Shown: positions 56,438 through 64,000 of the stretch, piece by piece | Numbering within the stretch: the stretch's first letter is position 1 | Layout of the letters: each line of letters begins with the position of its first letter | Notes under the pieces: generated by a model | The model's input: only the letters and a program-made list of their open reading frames with translations | Told to the model about the DNA's origin: nothing | Database searches by the model: none | Program-made: the position numbers and the translations under genes | Source: Candidatus Eiseniibacteriota bacterium | Lineage (GTDB): Bacteria > Eisenbacteria > RBG-16-71-46 | Direction of reading: 5' to 3' | NCBI GenBank assembly: GCA_963717505.1 | Contig: OY970342.1 | Coordinates: 2,912,001-2,976,000, forward strand | DNA: 64,000 nt

Positions 56438-59400
56438 ATGCGGCAGCCGGCGATCCTCTGCCTGGCCGCCGCGGTCCTGACCGCGCCGGCTCCGGCGACC
56501 GCACACGCGGCCGAGGATCCGTCGTGCGCGACCTGGCGGATCCCGGTGGTCGCGAATACGGTCATCTATCCGTTGCCGCGCTCGTTTCTGCGCGCCGGCA
56601 CCGACACGGTGTGGATCGGCGAGGCGCAGCTCGACCCCACGCGCGACTACTCGCTCGACCGACTGCGCGGCGAGCTGCGGCTGCTGCGCACGCCGCTTCC
56701 CGGTGACACCCTGCGGGTGCATGCGTGCGCCCTGCTTCGCCCGCCGCCGCTCAGCGTGCAACCGACGCCCTATCGGGCCGCCGCCGATGACCCACCCGAC
56801 ACGGTGGCGGTGGCGGCGAGTTCAGTGCGGCCGCGCCCTGCGACTGCGCGGGCGCCGGGCGAAACGCCGGCTGGAATCGGCATCACGCTCTCCGGCAACA
56901 AGACCCTGGCCGTGGACTTCGGGTCGAATCAGGACGCCTTCCTGCGGCAGTCGCTCGACCTCACGGTCGGCGGCACCGTGGCGCCCGGGGTCGAGCTGAC
57001 TGCGGTGCTCTCGGATCAGAGCGTTCCAATCACCGAATCCGGATCGACACAGAGCCTCGAGAGCGTCGACCGCGTGCTGCTCGAGCTGCGCTCCCCGCAG
57101 GGTGGCGCCGCACTCGGCGACATCGCCCTCGACTGGGATCGCGGGGAGTTCGGGCGCATCGAGCGCCGGCTCCAGGGCGTGCGCGCCGACTGGCGCACCG
57201 GAACTCTGGAGGCCGCCGGAGCGGCGGCAACTCAAACCGGCGAATTCCGACGGATCCAGTTCTACGGCATCGAGGGCAGCCAGGGCCCGTATCTGTTGAG
57301 TGACTCGCAGGGGCGCACCGGCGTCGGGGTGGTGGCCGGCAGCGAGGTGGTCACCGTCGATGGCGGGCGCATGAACCGCGGCGAGTCGGCCGACTATTCG
57401 ATCGAGTACGAGCGCGGGCGCATCACGTTCACCAACCGGCGCCCGATCTCCTCGGAAACCCGGATCACGGTCGACTATCAGGTGGCGACGTCGGCGTATC
57501 GCCGGAACCTGGCCGGCGCCGGCGCCGGCTGGACCCGGGGGTCGTGGAACGCGTTCGCCCGCGTGCTGCGCGAGGCCGACGACCGGGGGCGACCGCTCGA
57601 GGTTACGCTCGACGAGTCCGACCGCGTCCGTCTGGCGCTCGCCGGCGATTCGTCGGCCCGCGCCGTCGGATCGGGCGTCGAAGGTGGCGGCGGCGACTAC
57701 GACACGATTCGCGTTTCGGGCGGCCTGGTCTACTCCTACGTCGGAGCCCAGTCGGGCGATTTCAACGTCCAATTCGCCAACGTCGGGTTCGGACAAGGCG
57801 ACTACGCGGAGTCGACGCTGGTCGACAGCCGGCGGACGTATCGATTCGTGGGGGTGGGTGCCGGCACCTACTCGATCGGGCGCCCGCTGCCGCTGCCTGG
57901 GGCCCACGACCTGATCACGTTCGGCTCTGGTTTCGCGCGCGGTGGACTGACCGCGGAGGTCGAGGGCGCGACCAGTCGTCTGGATCGGAACACGTTCTCG
58001 AGCCGGGACGACGGCGACAATGCCGGCTTCGCCGGTCGTGCTCAGCTGCGCGCGGTCCATGACCTCCGAGGTTGGGGAGGCGTGATCGGTGTGGGAGCCA
58101 ACCTGCGAGGGGTCGAGTCGCGCTTCCAGTCGTTCTCGCCGCTCGAGCGACCTTTCGCCGAAGAGTCGTGGGGTTTGCCGCTCGGGGCCGACCTCGAGCA
58201 TTCGAAACGCGCCGAAGGCAACGTGTTCTGGCAGCCGCGCGGCGGGGGTGAGGTGCGCGCGTCAGCCGCCGGCCTGCGCACCGAGCAGGGCTACGAAGGA
58301 CTGAGGCGCGACGTGGTGTGGGTTCGCGAGGGCCGGATCAGCACGCTGGCGTCGTGGGAGCGCGCCGACGGCGAGCAGTCGGGCCTGGCTTTCCCCGACG
58401 GCGGTCGCGAGCGGTCGCGAGCGCAGGTCGGGCTCAACGGGCGCTGGCTGGCGCCGCTGGTGCGCGCCGAGCAGGACGAGCGCTGGACACCGAGCGACAC
58501 CGGTCGCGTTGCGGTGCGCGTGCGCGAGGGCGGGCTGGCGCTGGCGACCGGAACCGGCATCCGCTGGCGCGCGAGCGCCGGCGCCACGCTGCGTCGCGAC
58601 GCGCGTGCCGAAGGCGAGGAATTCCATGACCAGGCCGAAGTCCGCACCGGCAACCTCGGGCTCGAGAGCCCGGCCGATCGGCCGCTGCGGATCGCACTCC
58701 GCTACCAGCGTCGCGACGTCGAGCCTCTCGACGCTGGTGCTCGCTCGCGGGCCGATCTGGGGGGTGCGAGGATCTCGGCCGAACGCTCCGGTGCACGCGG
58801 CGACCTGGGGACCGAGATCACCAACGAAGGCGAGTCGCGCCGCGAGCGGACGCTGGTCTTCGTCGGCAGCGGCCAAGGCGCCTACGACGCGCTCGGCAAC
58901 TTCGTCGGCACCGGCGACTACGACCTGGTGATCGTGACCCGGCCGGAGATCGAGCAGGCGGCGCGGGCGGCGACCACCGGCAGTCTGGTGGTGCCGATCG
59001 GCCGCGGCGATGTCTGGCGGGGTTCGCGCGGGGAGTTCGGCTACGAAAGCGACGTGCGGCGCCGCGGGGCGCTGCGGGCGGAAGACCTGATGATTTCACC
59101 CGAGGCGTTGCTCGACGATCCGAGCATCGCACGCGGCGCGTTGCTGCAGCGGGTCGTGTTCGACCTGGCGCCCGGATCGCGAGCGGGAGCGGTGCTGGCG
59201 CGCATCGAGCGCCGGGTCACCGTCGATCGCTCGTTCTCGAACTTCGCGCAGTCGCTCGATGACCGGAGTGCCAGCGGCCGCTGGCGCGGGCGACCCTCGC
59301 CCCAGTTCGCGGTCGAGCTGGAGGCGCGCGCTCGGCGCCGGGCCGCCGATCAGGAACTGAGTGGCGGCACCGCTTACCGGCGCGTGCTCGAAGAACAGGG

Positions 59401-59773
59401 GGGCTTGGTGCAGGCGGTGTATACCGCCGGGAGTCGGCTGCGCGCGGTGGGCGTGGTCGACGCGACCTGGAGCCGCCCCGACGGGCAGAGCGAGCGCAGC
59501 CGCACGCTGCGCATCGGACCCGATCTCGGGGCTGCGGTCGGCGAGCGCGGACGACTCGAGCTGAGCGCACGCCGCATCGTGCACGCGGGGGTACCGGCCG
59601 TCGACCTGCTGCCGACTCCCGATCCGCTGTCGCAGCTCCGTTGGGAGGGTTCGGCGCGCTTCGACTACCGGTTGCACTCGAGCACGACCGCCGGTGTCTC
59701 GATCAACGCGCGCGACCGCGCGGATCGGAGCGCCAATGTCACCGGGCGGGCGGAAGTGAGGGCGTTCTTCTGA
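56438..59773 (+). CDS. Large outer-membrane beta-barrel protein with SprA/Sov-like N-terminal motifs
   Basis: About 1110 aa; signal; SGNKT..QSLDLTVGG..LSDQSVP; GSEVVTVDG..DYSIEYERGRITF; long amphipathic strand region; terminal FF. Confidence 0.7.
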   Translation: MRQPAILCLAAAVLTAPAPATAHAAEDPSCATWRIPVVANTVIYPLPRSFLRAGTDTVWIGEAQLDPTRDYSLDRLRGELRLLRTPLPGDTLRVHACALLRPPPLSVQPTPYRAAADDPPDTVAVAASSVRPRPATARAPGETPAGIGITLSGNKTLAVDFGSNQDAFLRQSLDLTVGGTVAPGVELTAVLSDQSVPITESGSTQSLESVDRVLLELRSPQGGAALGDIALDWDRGEFGRIERRLQGVRADWRTGTLEAAGAAATQTGEFRRIQFYGIEGSQGPYLLSDSQGRTGVGVVAGSEVVTVDGGRMNRGESADYSIEYERGRITFTNRRPISSETRITVDYQVATSAYRRNLAGAGAGWTRGSWNAFARVLREADDRGRPLEVTLDESDRVRLALAGDSSARAVGSGVEGGGGDYDTIRVSGGLVYSYVGAQSGDFNVQFANVGFGQGDYAESTLVDSRRTYRFVGVGAGTYSIGRPLPLPGAHDLITFGSGFARGGLTAEVEGATSRLDRNTFSSRDDGDNAGFAGRAQLRAVHDLRGWGGVIGVGANLRGVESRFQSFSPLERPFAEESWGLPLGADLEHSKRAEGNVFWQPRGGGEVRASAAGLRTEQGYEGLRRDVVWVREGRISTLASWERADGEQSGLAFPDGGRERSRAQVGLNGRWLAPLVRAEQDERWTPSDTGRVAVRVREGGLALATGTGIRWRASAGATLRRDARAEGEEFHDQAEVRTGNLGLESPADRPLRIALRYQRRDVEPLDAGARSRADLGGARISAERSGARGDLGTEITNEGESRRERTLVFVGSGQGAYDALGNFVGTGDYDLVIVTRPEIEQAARAATTGSLVVPIGRGDVWRGSRGEFGYESDVRRRGALRAEDLMISPEALLDDPSIARGALLQRVVFDLAPGSRAGAVLARIERRVTVDRSFSNFAQSLDDRSASGRWRGRPSPQFAVELEARARRRAADQELSGGTAYRRVLEEQGGLVQAVYTAGSRLRAVGVVDATWSRPDGQSERSRTLRIGPDLGAAVGERGRLELSARRIVHAGVPAVDLLPTPDPLSQLRWEGSARFDYRLHSSTTAGVSINARDRADRSANVTGRAEVRAFF

Positions 59774-61467
59774 TGGCCACTCGGGTGCGACTCGCGATCT
59801 CGGCGCTGCTGCTGGCCCTGGCCGCTCCTCCGGCGTCCGCCGCGGCGCGTCTGGACTACGACGGCGCGGGGCTGACGCGGCGCCAGGCCGAAGGCCTGAT
59901 GGCGCCGGCGTTGCGCACACCCGACGACTCGACGTCGCTGGCCAGCGGACTCGAGGCGGTGGTCGCGGCCCTCCAGACCGAGGGCTTCCTCGATGCGCGC
60001 GCGCACGGCGAGTGGACCGGCCGTGAAGTGCTGACTCTGCGGATCGACGAGGGCGCTCGCTATCGACTCGGAACCGTATCCGTCCGCGCCGGTTCGGTCG
60101 AGGACTCGGCGCGCGCCGCACAGGTGCTCGGTCTCAAGAGCGGCGACCCGGCTTCGCCGGAGCGCATTGCTCGAGCACTCGAGGCCGGTGCTGCGGAGCT
60201 CGTGCGTCAGGGACACGCCTACGCCGAGCTCGGCGTGCGCGGCTGGGAAGCCGATGCGGGACGGCTCGACCTGACGATCGCCGCACTGCCAGGACCCAAG
60301 GTCACGGTGTCGGAGGTGCGCATCGAGGGGCTGACGGTCACCCGTGAAGACGTCGCGCGGCGCGTGCTGCGCGGACTCGAAGGCGAATACTACGATCCGG
60401 CCGCCGCCGCCGCCGGCCGCGAACGGCTGCTGCGCCTCGGTCTCTTCCGTGACGTGCGTTTCGACGGTCTGGTGTCGGCCGGAGACTGGAGTCGGGGCCG
60501 GCTGCTCTATTCGGTCGACGAACCGCGATACAACGCGTTCGAAGGCGCGGTCGGAGCCCAGGGCGAGGGAGGAGTGGTGGGGCGCGTGCGCGTCGAGCTC
60601 GGCAATCTGCTGGGCACCGGGCGATCGACCTCCCTGCGCTGGGAGTCGACCGGACAGCAGCGGTCGAACATCGCCGCCTACTATCGCGAACCGATGGTGC
60701 TCGGCGCGCTGCTCGGCGCCGACTTGATGCTCGAGCACGAGGTGCGCGACTCGACCTACACCCGCACACGCTGGGGGGGCGGCCTGCACTGGACCGCGAC
60801 CGCGCGCCAGGTGCTCGAAGCCGGGTTCGACGTCGAGCGGGTGGTGCAGACCGCGGGGAACGTCAGCGAGTCGCGACTCGAGAACGTGCGTTTCGCCGTC
60901 GAGCGCGCGGTGTGGGACGATGCCGCTGCACCGCGCAGCGGCTACCGGACACGGGTGGCGGCCGCCCAGGTGTTCAAGCGCGAGCGGTTGCGTCCGACCG
61001 GTTCGAGCACGGCGCGCGCCAGTGCGGTCCAAGCCTGGATCGACCTGTTGCGGCCGCTCACTCCGCGCAGCGGTACCTCGCTCGAGCTGTCGGGCGCAGG
61101 TCGTTTCAGCTCCGAGTCGGTGCTGAGCACGTACGAGCGTTGGTCGCTGGGCGGTGCGGCGACGCTGCGCGGCTTCGACGAGGACCAGTTCCGCGTCGAC
61201 CGCTATGCGCTGTCGCGATTCGAATGGCGGCTGAGCGCCGGTGGGCACCAGCAGCACGCGTACCTGTTCTGGGATCACGCGTGGACCTGGACGCGGCAGG
61301 CCGTGGCCGCCGGCGGGGACGCGGTCGAGACGCAACACCTGGACGGGGTCGGTGGCGGATTGCGACTCGAGACGCGCGCCGGCCGAATCGGCATGGCCTA
61401 CGGCCTCGAGGTCGGCCGGCCACCGCTCGAAGGCAAGATTCACGTGCAGCTGGTTTCGGCGTTCTGA
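59773..61467 (+). CDS. Omp85 (BamA/TamA-like) POTRA-domain outer-membrane protein
   Basis: POTRA-like EGFLDA, LLRLGLF; NLLGTGR; LGGAATLRGF lid-lock motif; terminal F. Confidence 0.85.
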   Translation: MATRVRLAISALLLALAAPPASAAARLDYDGAGLTRRQAEGLMAPALRTPDDSTSLASGLEAVVAALQTEGFLDARAHGEWTGREVLTLRIDEGARYRLGTVSVRAGSVEDSARAAQVLGLKSGDPASPERIARALEAGAAELVRQGHAYAELGVRGWEADAGRLDLTIAALPGPKVTVSEVRIEGLTVTREDVARRVLRGLEGEYYDPAAAAAGRERLLRLGLFRDVRFDGLVSAGDWSRGRLLYSVDEPRYNAFEGAVGAQGEGGVVGRVRVELGNLLGTGRSTSLRWESTGQQRSNIAAYYREPMVLGALLGADLMLEHEVRDSTYTRTRWGGGLHWTATARQVLEAGFDVERVVQTAGNVSESRLENVRFAVERAVWDDAAAPRSGYRTRVAAAQVFKRERLRPTGSSTARASAVQAWIDLLRPLTPRSGTSLELSGAGRFSSESVLSTYERWSLGGAATLRGFDEDQFRVDRYALSRFEWRLSAGGHQQHAYLFWDHAWTWTRQAVAAGGDAVETQHLDGVGGGLRLETRAGRIGMAYGLEVGRPPLEGKIHVQLVSAF

Positions 61468-61498
61468 ACTCGCGCCGCACTCGGGATCGGGGAGGAAC

Positions 61499-63687
61499 GT
61501 GAGCGCATCGTGTGCCGAGCGAGTCCGCGAGCTGCTGACGCCGGGCTCCGAGTTCAGCCGGCGTTTCGCGGCGCGCTTCGGCCACGACCGGGGCGTTTCG
61601 GACGCGGCGATCCGCTACGAAGATCGGCCGGGACAACGCTCGTTCGCCGCCGAGGCCGCGGACACCCTCGAGCACGGTGGCGTGCTGGTGGCCGAAGCGC
61701 CGACCGGGATCGGCAAGTCGCTCGCCTACCTGCTGCCGGCCGTGCTCCTCGCGCACGCGCGCGAACGGCGCGTGGTGATCGCCACCTGCACCCGCTCGCT
61801 CCAGGATCAGCTCTACGAGCGCGACCTGCCGGCGGTGCTCGAGGCCCTGGACCTGACGCTGCCCTGCGTTCGACTCAAGGGAAAGCAGAACTACCTGTGC
61901 GTGCGCGCGCTCGATCAGGCGGCGGGGGAGGGCAGCGAGGAACGCGAGACGCTGGAGGCGCTTCGGCATTGGGCCGCGCACGACACAGAAGGCGACCTCG
62001 ACCGCTTTCCGCCCGCGGATGCCGAGGCCTTCCGTCGCGTGCGCCCGCGGCTGGGCGCCGACCCGGACGCGTGCACGGCGGTCACCTGCCGCCGCGGCCG
62101 CGAGTGCTTCTGGGTGCGCGCGCGACGCCAGGCGCAGCAGGCGAAGATCCTGGTGATCGTGAATCACGCGCTGCTCGCGCTCTCGGGCGGCGTCGAAGGA
62201 CTGCTGCCGGACTTCGACGCGCTGATCGTCGACGAAGCCCACCGTCTCGAGGGCGTGCTGCTCCAACAGCTCGGACGCGCCAGCTCGCTCGGACGCATCG
62301 AGGAGCTGCTGCGGGTCACCGGGGTTGCCGCGGTGGCAGCCGGCGGGGCAGCGGGCTCGCCGGCCGATTGCGTTCGTTCGCGCTGCCCTTGCTGGCCAGC
62401 GTCGAGCCGGCGCGCGCCGAACGCTGGTCGGCGGACCTCGCCGCCTGGAGCGAGCGCGCGTCCGCGGCGCGCACGGCAGCCGAGACGTTGTTCGCCCGGC
62501 TCGAGGTCGGCTGGCGCCCGGTCCCGGCGGGGCGCGCGCGCGCGCCGGAGCCGGGTACGGGTTGCGCTCGCGCTACCGGACCGCGGCCGAGCTGCTCGGC
62601 GGCGAACTGCAACTGCTCGAGGACGTGCTCGGTCATGGCGCCTGGTTCGCGCGGATACTCGGACGCTTCTCCAGCGAAATCTCGGCGACCGAACCGGGAG
62701 CCAAGTCGATCGAGCTGGCCGCCGAGCTCGAGCAGGTCGCGGCCCGCTGGACCGCGGCCATGTCCGACCTCGAGGATCTCGCCGATCCCGCGCAGCGCGA
62801 CTGGGTCTACTGGCGGACCGGCGGCACGCGGCGGGTCGAGCTGCACGGCGCGCCGGTGCTCGGCCGGCGCCGCACGCGCGACGGCTGGTGCTCGAACGCT
62901 GCCCGGCCGTGGTGCTGACCTCGGCGACGCTCTCGGCCGGCGGCGATTTCGGGTTCGTCGCCGAGCGACTCGGGCTCGGCGAGGAACACGGCGTTCCCTA
63001 CGACCGGCGGCCATCCACCCGTCGCCGTTCCCGCTCGAACGCCAGATGCGCGCCTACATCTACGACGGCGGCGCCGACGAAGCCGCGGCGGTGGCCGCGG
63101 TGGTCGAAGCGTTGCACGCGCGGACCCGGCGCAACCAGCTGGTGCTGTTCACGGCGCACGAGCGACTGCGACGGGCGCGCGCGCGGCTGCTCGAGCGCCT
63201 GCCGGCCGGAGCGATGCTGCTCGCGCAGGAGTGGGACGGTCCGGCGAGTCAGGTGAGCGAGCGCTTCCGCGACCGAACGCGGCGCGATCTTGCTCGGCGT
63301 CCAGAGCCTGTGGGAAGGTGTCGACTTTCCCGGTGACGCGCTGGAGATCGCTGGTGGTGGCGAAGCTGCCGTTCTCGGTGCCCGACGATCCGCTGGTCGA
63401 GGCGCGCGGCGAGCGGTTGCGCGAGCAGGGACTGGATCCGTTCCGGGACGACGCGGTGCCGGAGGCGGTGCTGCGTTTCCGCCAGGGGGTCGGCCGTCTG
63501 ATCCGGCGCGCCGACGATCGCGGCGTGCTCGTGGTGTGCGATCCGCGCCTGGCGACGGCGTCGTATCGGAGGCCGTTCCTGGCGGCGCTGCCGGCGTGGC
63601 CCCGGAGGTGCGTCGCGACGCCGAGGTGCTGGCGGCGGACGCGGCGCGCTTCCTCGAACAGGAGGTTTCGGTGGAGGAGCATCGTGA
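61499..63687 (+). CDS. dinG: DinG/YoaA-family Fe-S DNA helicase (multiple frameshifts; end approximate)
   Basis: RPGQ, EAPTGIGKS, LKGKQNYLC, DEAH, LTSATL, LWEGVDFPG, KLPF, RQGVGRLIR..DDRG. Confidence 0.88.
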
Positions 63688-64000
63688 TCGAGCTCGGCGC
63701 GCGCCCTCTGGCTCTGGGCGACGTCGTGGCGGTGGCCCGCGAACGCGCGCGCGGTGCGCCTCGCGGCCGGCGCGCGCGAACGAATGGCGGCCAGCCGGGC
63801 GGTGGTGGAGCGCGCGGTGCGCGAGGGTCGGGTGGTCTACGGCGTCACCACCGGTTTCGGCGAGCTCAAGGATCGCCACATTCCGCCCGACCAGGTGCGC
63901 GCGCTCCAGCTCAATCTGCTGCGCTCGCACTGCTGCCGGCGTCGGTCCGCGCGTCGCCGCGCGACGTGGTGCGCGCCATGCTGCTGCTGCGCGCGGCGTC
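63684..64000 (+). CDS. hutH: Histidine ammonia-lyase, 5' part (truncated by the window edge)
   Basis: GTG after ggaggag; VYGVTTGFG, LQLNLLRSH, VVRAMLLLRA. Confidence 0.85.
   Translation, partial: MIELGARPLALGDVVAVARERARGAPRGRRARTNGGQPGGGGARGARGSGGLRRHHRFRRAQGSPHSARPGARAPAQSAALALLPASVRASPRDVVRAMLLLRAA

Overview
High-GC diderm bacterial chromosome segment. FlgD-Ig/T9SS-type C-terminal domains, a porU-porV pair and a WGxxKxxYR tail suggest an FCB-group candidate lineage such as Eisenbacteria; this is inference. Four blocks. (1) 1-16.9 kb: accessory DNA stacked against the 3' end of a minus-strand tRNA-Glu(TTC). Three copies of the tRNA 3' end (161, 1970, 3248) divide it into cassette-like segments, and no integrase is present. 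Two copies continue into a conserved short frame ending EMDxLRQVLAA-stop, which looks like a recombinase C-terminal tail with an ssrA-like degron that would be swapped by recombination. Cargo: exported and surface proteins, a cohesin/dockerin pair, and a candidate defence locus (small HEPN-like ORF, 965-aa helical ORF, DUF2971). (2) 17-24 kb: pyrE, a secreted S8 protease, a lipoprotein and an M23 peptidase. (3) 24-38.7 kb: a putative sigma54-controlled cluster of signal-peptide-bearing glutaminase, aspartase, asparaginase and amidohydrolase, with five outer-membrane beta-barrels and a PAS-GAF enhancer-binding protein. (4) 38.8-64 kb: intein-containing dnaE, accA, Trm112, a T9SS-like locus (PorU, PorV, M6 protease, SprA-like barrel, Omp85 protein), a DinG-family helicase and the start of hutH. 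Many single-base frameshifts in essential genes are most likely assembly errors. All family assignments come from motif recognition by eye; no searches were run.
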